The notes under the pieces were generated by a model that saw only the letters and a list, made by a program, of their open reading frames with translations, did not search any database and had not been told where the DNA came from. Below, in pieces: positions 23,137 through 34,863 of a stretch of 64,000 bases of DNA. The stretch covers positions 46,874,001 through 46,938,000 of the forward strand of contig NC_087251.1 of the NCBI RefSeq assembly GCF_037042905.1, read 5' to 3'. Source of the DNA: Lytechinus pictus. Lineage: Eukaryota. Every line of letters begins with the position of its first letter. Position 1 is the first letter of the stretch. Position numbers and translations under genes: made by a program.

Positions 23137-23805
23137 CTGTGAAGGACACAATCACACCAAAAAAAAACAGTGTCAAAATCTTTTAATGATGCACGTAACA
23201 GGTAATCATAAGGCCGTTTCTATTCATTTTTTTTTCAGTTTCATAACATACAAAGCAATGATATACAGTGGGATGTGACTGGGGAATTTCAATAAAAGCC
23301 AATGGCTTGCAAAATAGCAATTCCCCTTGACAAGACATACAAAATAGTGAAAATTGTTACACATTGAATGACTGGTCTATTGATATATGTCACTGCTTTA
23401 TGGTATAGCGACTAAATGTCATCATAATTCTTAATGCTCTTCGAGAGCTCTTATGTAACATGCCACCAATCGAAAAGGCATTTTAAACATTTTGTAATTT
23501 AAACATTGCAATTTCTTCATTCTAGCCAACAAATGTTTTAAAAAATGCATATATCAGTGATTCTGCCACCCCCCCTACACTAATTCTATTCCTCTCTATT
23601 TCAATTCAAACTCTCACCCTCTCTTCTTACTTTGCTTTCATCATTTCTCCTTTATCACTTTAAAAGTTTAATCCAGCTTTTGTTTTCTTTCATTCCTTCC
23701 CGTTTTTCTCCTTTTTTCTATTGTTTTCTTCCTCTTTCTTTCTTTATTCCTTTCTTTCATTCTTTCTTTCTTTCTCTCAAGTTTTCCCTTCATATTTTAA
23801 CGACT

Positions 23806-24706
23806 CAGGCTGTCAACGCAAAAACTCTGATCTATTGTTGGCTCCAGATACGCCAATCAACTTCACTCTGGCTTCTTCTGAATATGGACCCATTGCTTCT
23901 TTTAAAGCTATCTACAGGATCTACAGGAAAGAACTTGATAATGTGACGACCTCATCAAGCTCACATTGGCATGATACTGGTTTTCTCGATTCATCTACAA
24001 AAGTGAAGTGGCTGTTTATTTATCTATTACCAACACATAAAAAAGAGGCTGATATCAAATACAGACTCCTGCACAATATATTACCGTCGCTAACTACCGG
24101 TATACTTCATCATCTTAATACAGACATTTCGTCTTTTTGCGGATGGTGCGGAGAACCAGGAACCATTCAACATGTCTTTATTTAGTGTAAAGGAATCCAA
24201 CCCCCTCTTAATCTTCTTCACAGACTTTTGAACAATCTCCTCCCCTCTCTTAAACTTAATTTTGACTTATACTGGGCTCTCATTCCGCATGCCAGAGGAC
24301 GTGACAGAAAGGTTATCGGCCTTGCAAATTTTGTTATCATCAGTCTAAAAAGTACCATTTATTGTATGCATCGCACCTCAACTTTCACTGATCCACTAAT
24401 TGCTTGGCTACATCGTCTAAAAAACAGAATTCTGTATGAATGTTCTTATTACAAATTATGCTCCAATATCAATGCCTTCTTACGGAAATGGTGCATGAAT
24501 GAATTACTTTTTACCATTAGCGAGGGCAGTATTGCATTGCTTTAAATATAACATTTGGTTTTACTTCTGTGTTTATAATCAACAGTTGAAAAACTGTACT
24601 ACCTGATTTCCTTTGAATACTCATGTCAAATTATTCTTTTATTGTATACTTGACTTTTGTGATTATAATTTGTAAATAAAGTTTTCATTTGGAAAGTAAA
24701 AAGTCT
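23806..24706 (+). mobile_element. 5'-truncated, decayed L1/Tx1-clade LINE (C-terminal zinc-binding region and 3' UTR)
   Basis: KYRLLHNILPS...CGWCGEPGTIQHVF*C motif with an in-frame stop at 24183-24185, AATAAA near 24675, and CT-rich flanks on both sides. Confidence 0.75.
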
Positions 24707-25106
24707 TTCTTTCTTTCTTCCTTCCTTCATTTTTTTCCTTCTTCTAAACCTGCATTTGCAAATTATATCTTCAAATGTCATTTTTATTTGTTATTTGTTG
24801 AATAGTATTTTAATGTTAGTGTTCTTTTTTAGCACCAGCTGATGGGGATAGTCTTTTAACAGAAAATTGATTTCTTTTGATAATTGATAATCCCCAGGCA
24901 TTAGCTTGTGTTCTTTCCTTTTTTTGAGTGAGTGTTTTTTTTATATTTTTTTTTTTACTTTGATAAATATTGTATGTTGGATAATGTATGATGATTATTT
25001 TCAATGTAATGAATTTAAATATTGTTACGAGTAAAATGTGTACCTGGAAATGAAATAAAAAATAAAATATAGCAATACCGTAGTAATTAAATGAAAGATA
25101 ACTCAC

Positions 25107-25261
25107 CTTCCAGAGACATTCAATATCAGGTCTTTGGTAGGTACATAGGGCACACAGGATCTTGATAGAATCCTCCCATTTCTCTTGCAGAATACACTCT
25201 TTCAACATGCTTGACATTGCAGTAAAGCTTGAGCCTTCGTAAACTTCACTGTAGAGCTCGC
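25107..25261 (-). CDS. TAF1A: TAF1A-like, coding exon 2
   Basis: SSFTAMSSMLKECILQEKWEDSIKIL...PDIECLWK resembles TAF1A FIQEALLKHQWQQA...PEIIWK. Donor AAG|GTGAGT. Confidence 0.85.
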
Positions 25262-26238
25262 CTTGGATGAAAAACAAAGTTAAGAACAAATATATCACAT
25301 GATTTCAGGGGAAGTTCTGATTCTGCAAGTTAAACTGTCTTGACTGAAACATATATCTTTGAATACATTTAATAATACCACCTGTATTCTCAAATACAAA
25401 TATATAGAAAATTTCTCAATGACTTGTCCTCTGTTTGTAGTTTGAACTGTAGTTTGAACTGAAAACAATGTTTCAAACTATCAATCTTAGAACTTTTCAA
25501 ACCTAAATTATGTGATAATTCATAGACAATTGCTGAAAAACTATTAAATAAACACACATTTAAATGAAATATTGGTAGTGATTTGGGAAGAATTCTTCAA
25601 ATTTCTATATGGGATAAGTAATACCAATAAATTAAGTGAATAAAGAGCTGCATTATGTTCATTAAAAACGTCGCACATGATCACAAAGGGGGGGGGGGCT
25701 TTCACTCTAATTTCTTAACATGTTCCTAATTCAACATCTTAAAATGAGACAGAGAGACTTAACAAGGTTTATAGTATACCAGCTAATACCAGATTTTAGT
25801 GTTTTGAATGGTAAATCTACCCATCTAGAATTGATATAAACTGAATATAAAACAGGAGGCCCTAGGCTTAGACTGAAATTTTGAGTCTGTTTCTGGTGTT
25901 TTGCTGAGACTTTGTCTGGCTCCACTAAACACTGCCATCTAAATGGAGATCCCCATGTGTATGAGAGAAAAAAAGGGGTGTGCTTATAAACTCCTCAAAA
26001 CAGACATATCTTTATGTCTAGTTAGGCCTCTACTTAAAAGTAGAAGGCTGTTTATACTAACAAGGATAATATCATTGGCCCAAAGAATACAAATTCTAGC
26101 CTGGCAATAAACATGTTTACATTTCTCTAGGAACAGATAAGATCCTTTATAAATGCAGTACCTGAGAAGTGAGAACTCGTTTGGTATGAGAGTCCCTTGA
26201 CTGGTTTATGGATATGAAAAGTTAGATCATTAACATAC

Positions 26239-27103
26239 CTCTGATATAATTAGAAATATGTGTGTGCTGGAACAGAAATGCGTCCTCTAATGCTCTCTTT
26301 TCCTCCAAAGTTTGCTGCGGTGATCTGACCTCTTTGCTTCTCTTAGACCGTTCTGGATACACTTCTGTAGACACTTTCCTCTTCTTGGCTTTCTTGTCTT
26401 TTGCAAGGTCAGAAGCACTGCTGTTGCTTTCTTTCAAATCCTTTCCCTTTGTATTCAATGGATCCTGCTGTTCACTTCCAGGTTTTTGTTTATTTTCTTG
26501 GGGACTATCCCGTGAGAATATGCTGCTGCTATTGCTATTATGTTCTCTGTGTTTCTTCTTTTTCTTTTTCTTAAAAGCTTTCTGTTCTAGTACAGGGTCT
26601 GTTGCAGGTTTACTTTTGCTCTGACCATCCTCCTGCGTCCTTTTCTTTGGAACTTTCTTTTTCAGTCCTGATATTGAGGCAGAACTTTCACCTTCAATAC
26701 ATTTTCTGGTCTCACTAATCTCCTTGGTTTCTTTTTCTTTAACACAGTTCCCCTTCCCAATACCTCTTCTTTTCTTCTGCTTCGGAGATATAAAATCTAA
26801 CAAACTTTGCTGTCTTCCATTATCTGTTTGGTCATTTCTCTTCTTTTTCTTTGATTTACTCTTTTCAACTGGAGACACAAAATCTAACAAGCTGCTCTGA
26901 CTCCCTTTAACCATTTCTTTGTTATTCTCGGCATTTCCCTTATTTTTACTACTAGTATTTGTTATGTTTATCATGCCTTGTTTTTCACTTATTTTCTTCT
27001 TTTTCTTATGACCATTCTGTTTACTTTTAGTCAGGTCGCTGTTCCCATTGCGATCCGCTGGTTTGTCTCTCTGCTTCTTCCTAACAGAATTCTGTGACTT
27101 CAT
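26239..27103 (-). CDS. TAF1A: TAF1A-like, large Lys/Ser-rich first coding exon (about 288 aa)
   Basis: Open 865-nt frame ending AG|GTATGT in phase 1, which matches the next exon. The ATG at 27103 has an in-frame upstream TAG. Joining all ten exons gives 2052 nt, or 683 aa plus stop. Confidence 0.7.
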
Positions 27104-28223
27104 CTTTGAGCTCTAGATGTCCATTCCCTTTTAGTTCTTCTTCCGTCTTTACTAACCTCACTGCACGATTCCTATAGAATTATCTGACACACTATTCTTC
27201 TTGTTTGCTTTTTCATTCTTCTCCTTGGTTCTTTTCTCTCTCAAATCAGCCAGCAGATATATTGCAAAGATGAATGAGCTTTTCCAATGCTTTTTTTTTC
27301 TCTCCCTTAGGAGGTATGTCCATCACAGAGCTCTCAAGATTTTCATTATTTAAGTCATTAGTAGCTGTCAACTTCAATATATCTTGACCTTGGATGTTGA
27401 CCAGACAAGAAAAGACTTTCCATCTTTCATCTTTTTGAAGTGGTGAAGCCTCCGTCTGTAAAGTATAGCAAAAAGAAAGAAATTAATCAAACATTGGATC
27501 TGTTTTGATATAGTTATTTTATTAATGAATACTTTATCAGATATATCTATAATCTGATATTGGGGTGATCTTGGAAAAAATTTGCACATATATTTTTGGA
27601 AATGTTAGGTTAGGTACATTAAACCAAGTTTATTGCGACTTGAGAGACTGATAAACTTTAAGAAAATAATGTGTGTGATAAATGAGAGTGTTCATGAATC
27701 ACGAGTCTATCCACTACCATACCTTCCACACTTTGGGAGTTGAGCGCTCCCTATCCCCCCCCCCCCCACCCAGATGCAGTTGAGACTGCGGCTGGTACTT
27801 CTTGTCAGTCAAGGCTGCTGGAGAAAACCTTCCCTCATACGTGACTCGGCCCAAGGCCAAGCCAAGGCCAGGGCCTGGCAAATTGTGGTCTCTTGACTCA
27901 AGGACAACCTCGACTGCATCGCTGTCACCCACCCCCCCCCCTTTCCGGGATTTGCAAAAATAGACCCTAATAAAAAGATATAGATTTAGGAAATTAGGTA
28001 AATTAGGAAGAGCCTACGTCTGAAAAGATCATAAGACCATTATAACATATGCAATTTTTCTCAACACGTATCTGATAGAGATATCCTGAATAGCTGTATC
28101 TGTGATAGGGGCCTAACGTTACTTTCAGTCTTTAAAATTACAGAGATATAGTATAGCATACTATCCTCGTACTAGTGTGAGTGATTCCCGACCGGCTTTT
28201 TGAGTCAGACTATTTATTATTAA

Positions 28224-28803
28224 AGGGATGGTCCGGGCTGAAAATATTTATATCTAAATTAAACATAGTAAAATTCAAAGAGCAAAATGCTGAATAATAA
28301 TAAAATGCGGATAATGAAGTTATTGAATTTTAAAGTTTATAAATATTTTGCACCAGTTATATGCACATCGTCATGAATATTCATTAGGTGGACTGATGAT
28401 GTCACATCCCCAACATCCCCACTTTCTTTTTTCTTATGTTATCACATGAAATCATAAATGTTTCCTCTTTTCATACATGTGTAAATGATGTGTCTCCGTT
28501 ATGATGAAATAAGTTGCAGCAATAAATAACTAATGCACTTAATCAGTTGTCAATCCAATTGTTTTAGTTCTTGGTAGAAAAATTTTGAATAAATCTAATT
28601 TCATATAGGGGATATGACATCATCAGCCCACCTAATGAATATTCATAACGACATGCCTAGAACTGTTTCACCAGAATAATGCAAATCTTTAAAATTCAAT
28701 AACTTTATTTGTTACCCGATTTCGATTAAATTTTCAGCATTTTGCTCTGTGAATTTTACTTTATTTATTGAGATAGAAATATCTCCAGCCTGGACCAACC
28801 CTT
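28224..28803. mobile_element. Kolobok-like non-autonomous element, family B
   Basis: TTAA|AGGGATGGTCCGGGCTG ... CAGCCTGGACCAACCCT(T)|TTAA, with long internal inverted repeats. Related copy at 39522-40040. Confidence 0.75.
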
Positions 28804-29499
28804 TTAATAGTCTGACTCTTTAATAGTATTAAAGAGTTTCTGGCTAAGTTAGACCAAAAGCTTCGGTCTCTGTTTTGGTTGTTCCGCTGAACTCTGTTGG
28901 CTCCACTCACCAAAAACAAATTTAAAATGTTATAAAAAAAATTCCTCGAAACAGACGGCTGCCAGCTGTCTATAGCATTGTGTGTTAGCGTGCCTCACCA
29001 CTGTATTCAGTGCAGGTGTGAATACAGTTGGAAAAACACTCAAACACGCAAATGTTGGTCCCGTGTAGGCCTATAAGAGAGGTACAACCTATGCACATTA
29101 AAACCAATACCCTATTCGTCAAAGAGTAGGGTGTTCATCCAGTGTGGTGCACCTGCCGTTCCCGGCAAAATCCAGGTCAAGTACCCGATGTGTTTATGCT
29201 CAACCCGGGGGGGGGGAGCACTCAGTATATAATGTAGTCCACGTCCTGGACGATTTTTATTGATTGGGCAATCCAAAGGGGCAAACCCTATCCGACCGTA
29301 CCGATACCCCCGCGCGCACACATAACCAACACAAACACGCCCTCCACTGATTGACCCCCAGTGATTCGCCTAACCCAGTGATTCACCTAACCCACTGATT
29401 CACTTTCCCCGAAAAAAATGTTGGTTCATGTGACTATTCAGGGGGTGTGTGTATGCGTGTTCTGGGGATGTAGTGTGTTATGTGTTTGGTAATAACAGT

Positions 29500-30098
29500 C
29501 CAGGAGGTGGACTATATATAATGCGATATGGGTATGTGCCGCGGAGGGGGCCCCCATTTTTACACTCAAATCTCCGTTCCAAGGCGTATTTTTACACTCA
29601 AATTTCCGTTCCAAGGCGTATTTTTACACTCAAATAATTTCCGTTCCAAGGCATAGCATTTTTATCTTATTGAGAAAAAGAACAATGAATTAAAGGAAGC
29701 CGCTCCAAAAAATAGCATATTTTTTGTTACGCCGTTCCGGCCGCATTGATCCGCTACAATGAGCTGCAATTTTGGTGAAAAGAGGCCGCAGAGCGCAGTT
29801 CGACCATCGCCTCTACTAGCTCTGCACGAGCGCACCCGGCGCCCCTGCCGCGCCACCAGGCTAGCTGCATGCATGTATGCCCGTTCCATAGCCATAGGGA
29901 TGCATACGCACTCACACACGCACACACAGGCGACCCGTTCCAACAGAAGGACCCCCGTTTTCACAAACATTTGTAGTTCCGAAGCCCGTTCTGAGGATCC
30001 TCCTTTTTACAATAAGCCCGCTTCAGAGCCCCCGTTTTTTGTCTCGCCCGCGGCACATACCTACCACTTTTTTGGTCAAATACCCCCCCCCCCCCCGG
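29500..30098. mobile_element. Unclassified non-autonomous DNA transposon (copy 1)
   Basis: Subterminal inverted repeats gggtatgtgccgcgg / ccgcggcacataccta. A close homolog lies at 35310-35795. Contains 3 tandem copies of a 32-bp unit at about 29557-29655. Confidence 0.7.
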
Positions 30099-30760
30099 CC
30101 CCGAGACGTGCTCAACGGAAGAAGAGGGCCCTGCAATCTGCGTCGTACATCTTAGTCTTAGACTCTCGAGTCTAAATCAACTAGGCCTACCCGGTACGGT
30201 ACCTACACTACAGGACAAAGCCACTCACACTCGTTCGTAGGATGAGTGACTAATACGAGGTTCGTATATATGCACTGACATGGTTGGTAACATTAATTTC
30301 TAATGGTAATTAAATTTGATTCATGGAAATGGAATTGAGTTGAGAATCTTTCTGTTTCCTTTTGCGGGCAACATTCATTCACACCCAACACAAATATCAA
30401 CATGTGGGAACATGTTGTATGTAATATTTATCGACAAGCTGCATGCGCCTGCCGTCGTCCGCACTTTTGAAGGTAAAATTAGGCTGTAAACGATCAAAGA
30501 TTTTTTTAAAAGGTAGAAATCTTCTGAAATTTTGAGTAATTTATTAATTCTAAATATCTTACTTCTTTCCTCTGCTAGCTTACTTTCTTATTCCTGACCT
30601 AGTTTAGTTCAGTTCCCTTTCTTTCTTGCAGAACCGCAGCACCACAGTCACAGGAACACCTTACCGGTACCTCTCTAAAGCCGACCCGGTGGGCCGGGGA
30701 TCGGACGGCGCGGCCGATGCGCTGCGCACCGGTCGCTGTCGGCCAGCTCGGCTCACAATT

Positions 30761-30926
30761 CTGTCATTCTTAAATCATTTTCCAAAGTACTGCCCTTCTC
30801 ATTCTGCTTCTGTAGACTACTTCTGTAGACTGTGCTTCTGTAGACTGCTTCTGTAGACTGTGCACAGTCTACAGAAGCAGAATGAGAAGGGCAGTACTTT
30901 GGAAAATGATTTAAGAAGAATGACAG
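30761..30926. repeat. Near-perfect palindrome with an internal 12-bp tandem expansion
   Basis: 51-bp perfect arms tcttaaatcattttccaaagtactgcccttctcattctgcttctgtagact and its reverse complement, centred on GTGCAC (30860-30865). Confidence 0.9.
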
Positions 30927-32169
30927 TCAGACAGAATTCTCTACTCCATTGCATCGCCATCGTGAAATCGGTCACCATATTATGACCGGAGATGGAGTTA
31001 GGATGGGGGGTCAGGTGTCCGGTCACTTCATATTTTTGACGCCTTCTATTTTGTAGTTTGGATTAAATTACACTTACCCAGGAAGCTCCGGCCCGCGAAG
31101 CGAAGCGGGCCGGAGCTCCCTGCATCAGTGCATGCCCTGGGTTAGATTACACTAGAAATATGAGTTCAATAGTTGTAATCATCTTCTAATCTATTTTGTT
31201 CTCTATATAATATTTCCTAACATTTTGTACTAAAAGTTGATGAAACTTTGCTTGTAAATTTTTCCAAATGACTTTCTAAAATTGATCGTCCGGACACACA
31301 AAAACTAGGTATACCCAATATATGGATGTGGAAAAGTGCAGTCTGAATCACCGTTTTTTCACTGTGGTTCCTTCTTGCACAAAATTGAACAAAGTAAAAA
31401 GTCTGTCAGTCGGTGGTGACTGACATCCAACTTTCAGAAGTTCCGCAAATTTCACGATAGGCCTAGGCTAAGGCAACATTCATATGATATGACTGGCAAT
31501 GTTAATTTATTGCGAAATATGTCACCAGTGCTGTCACTGCTGTGCAGTCTGACATTGATTCGCTGCCATTTATTAGGTGGGTTATTTTAAACGAAACTTT
31601 AAAATGTCATAACTTTCTTATTTTTCTCCTTTTATTCAAACCAACTTCTTGTCGGTGTGGACTTGTCCTTTACAATCATAACTACCAAATGAATATTAAA
31701 AAATCAATTAAAATCATAACTACCAAATAAATGGCAAGATCCTAGTCTCAAAATACTTATAGATGCTTCTGAACAAACGCAGGCTTAAACAGCTATATTC
31801 AGTTCCAAATTCTCTCTCCTCTGTAGGTTGGCTGGATCATGAACAGATTTCTTATGTTTCTTAGTGACTGATCTTGGGACATACAAATATTATTGTGACC
31901 GACAAATTTCATGCCGTTGATGAGTGTGCATTGCATTTTGCTTTAAAAAAGGAAAGGGTGAAAAATGAAAAAAAAAAAAAAAATTCTCACTGTAACCCGA
32001 CCGACCCTATTCTAATCTGCCAATTTATTTTGTTATTCAAATTTTACCATGTCCCTCACCCCCCCCCCCAAAAAAAAAATATATGGAAGTGTCTACAGAC
32101 TCTACTTTTCTGTAATTTTTTTTCTTCTGGGGAATTGTGCAGTTGAACATTGTCCATATGATATGGCAG

Positions 32170-33612
32170 TTTATAATCACTCGCGTCGCGTTCTGGTTCG
32201 TAATCACTCGCGTTTTGAATTTTTGGCGATTTTTTTTTATTTCGGTGCGATTTTTTTTTAACGATGTCTTCAATGGGACAGACATGCAGGGAAATTTGAG
32301 TTTCGTTTTAAGCCGGCAATTAAGTGCCTTAAAATAAAATGTACTCGACTACTGTTCTAAGTACCAAGAATAGATAACAAGCTTGATCTGCCCCAGACAG
32401 CTGGCAGCAGTCTGTTTCGAGGAGTTTTTTTCAAACATTTTTTTTTTTTTTTAAATTTCTCTGTATTTGGTGAGTGGAGCCAACGGCGTTCAGCGGAACA
32501 ACCAACATAATAATTAATAGACACTAAGACCGAAGCTTTTGGTCAATATCAACGAACGTAGAGGGCAGCAACACACAAGCGTGTTGCTCTAAGGAAGGTC
32601 AACTCCGCTCGAATTTTGTGACCACTCTAAAAAATTAAAAAAAACTCATATCACACACACACACAATTATGTGTATAAAGGAACAATTTTGTTGGTCCCT
32701 CGGACTTCTTTGTAACCAGAGTGCACTTTACTCCCCCTCCTACTTCTCTTTCTTCTCAGTCTTCTTTTTATTCCCATTATTATGTCATCTTATTCTTCTC
32801 CCTGTTCTTCTACTTCTCAATTTCTTCCCTTTCTCCTTATTGTTCATCTCCCTTCTCACTTCTTCCTTTTCTCTTCTCAGTCTTCCCCTTATTTTATTTT
32901 CTCTTTCTCTTCTTCTACATCCTCCCCTCAATTTTCTCTTTTTAGATTCATTTTTACCCCCTTATGTCCTCCATCTTCTTTTTTCTTCTTCTACTTCTCC
33001 TCCTCCTTCCTTCTTGCTTTTCTTCTTCAGCACTTTTTTCCTCCCTGATTTTTACGTTAGTGTAGAATAATTCACAAAGAAAGGGAGAAGCAAATAAATA
33101 GTGATATTATGAAATTGTAGCACCTCACTATGCTTTATAAAGAATACCACAGACTTCAGGAAAATCCTCCAAAGGCAAAGCTAAATCGAGAGTAGCCTTT
33201 CCTCCTTTTTTCCTTGCTTCTTTCTTTCTGTCTGTCTTTTTTTTTCTTTCTCTTTTCTCCCTCTTTCCCTTCCTTTCTCCCCCCCCCCCTCTCTCTTTTT
33301 TTAGGGGGAGCCCCCGCTTCCGCCGCCTATGGCTCTAAGATTTAAGATGTGGAATGTGATTATGTTAAAACAGTAGTCAAAATTTGCTTGTTATCTTAAA
33401 ACTGGTCGAGAACGTTTTATTTAAGGCACTTACCAGCTTAAAATAAAACGAAACTCGAATTTCAATATTATTTTATTTTTCCAGTACGTTTGTCCCATTG
33501 AAGACACCGTTAGAAAAAAAATCGCACCGAAAAAAAAAAAATCGCCAAAAATCAAAAACGCGTGTGATTACCAACCCGACGCGAGTGATTACGAACGCGA
33601 GTGAATATAATA
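32170..33612. mobile_element. Decayed element with about 200-bp terminal inverted repeats
   Basis: 32170-32370 is the reverse complement of 33391-33612 (for example tttcggtgcgatttt/aaaatcgcaccgaaa, gtcttcaatgggaca/tgtcccattgaagac and aagtgccttaaa/tttaaggcactt). Confidence 0.65.
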
Positions 33613-34038
33613 AGCCTATGATATTGTTGAACATATCGTGAGCAGAGTTTGCTCAATTTCGACCCCCCCCCCCCCCCAAAAAAAAAAAAAACTGATTGAC
33701 CTTCCCATTTTTTTGTCCTCTGCTACAGGAAACAGGTTTTTTTTAGGCCTAGGGTGTTTGAACTATTTGGTCAGGAGTTTCATCCTGGTATAACAAATAG
33801 AGGACTTTGTGAAATAAATTGATAGCGCATTAGCAGACGATGTCATTACCATATCTCAAATTTACTCTTCGACTATGAGTGTAAAAAAAATGGGTCCTTG
33901 TTCCAATAAATTGTCATGAATTTGGACTGTTACTGTTGTATATTGGTTCATTATTGAAACATTTGTAATTTCTCATTTCATTTTAAGGTTGCAACAAATA
34001 CCAAATTTAATTCTTCTGCGTCCTATGCACGTTTGAAC

Positions 34039-34381
34039 ATGGCTGAAGCAGGACCTTCCAGCTCTAACGATGCATCAAGCAGCGGCATCCAAAGTCCAGA
34101 ACAGAGGCTAGAAAGGGCTTCAGATTACAAGAACACTGGCAACGAATGCTACAAGAACAAGGATTACAAAGGTGCCATTGGGAAGTACCACAGAGCCCTC
34201 ATGTGTATCAAGGACTTAGACATGGGTGCAACAAGAAGAAACATGAGTGCTGCTCTTGGTCTAGCAAGGCCAGGACCAGGTCAGGATCAAGCAGCATCTA
34301 GCCTTAATCAAGCAACCATACCTCAGCATATGTTGGACCAGGCAGCTGAATTTGAATTGAGCTGTTTGAACAATTTAGCAG
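34039..34381 (+). CDS. TTC9C: Tetratricopeptide repeat protein 9C-like, coding exon 1
   Basis: RLERASDYKNTGNECYKNKDYKGAIGKYHRAL...CLNNLA is typical of the TTC9 TPR start. Upstream acceptor at 33986-33987, donor G|GTAATG. Confidence 0.88.
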
Positions 34382-34683
34382 GTAATGACAGGAATTCTCT
34401 TTATTACCTAAAGAGGTTGTTTTGTATATTTCTGTGATTAAAGACACCTATATTTTTGTTGTCGTTGTTCTGTAGAAATGGCTAAAGAGTTATGCATGAA
34501 GACTTTACAGTTTCCATTATTAGAATTTAGAGACACACATGATGAAATATGAATATCTGATATAAACTGTCATTCCTTTCTTTTAATTCAAACTAATTTC
34601 CCCCCATGGATTCATTCTCTTTTAATATGTTACATTCTCATCTTATTTTCTCTTTGTCAACTTATCTTTCTTATTACCTATAG

Positions 34684-34863
34684 CGTGTCTACTTCAACTA
34701 CCAGCTCCTGATTACAGCAAAGTAGAATATTACTGCAATCAAGTCCTTGATAGATCTGGCAGGAATGTGAAAGCACTGTACAGGAGAGGAGTAGCACGGT
34801 ACCATCTACATGACTACGAGGGTGCGCATGAAAGTCTTTCAAAAGCAAACAGAATTTCACCCG
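34684..34863 (+). CDS. TTC9C: TTC9C-like, coding exon 2
   Basis: ACLLQLPAPDYSKVEYYCNQVLDRSGRNVKALYRRGVARYHLHDYEGA. Boundaries ctatag / G|GTATGT, phases consistent. Confidence 0.9.

Noticed and set aside
32669..33070. Hydrophobic ORFs of 74-133 aa
   Set aside because: They are translations of a CT-rich low-complexity tract.
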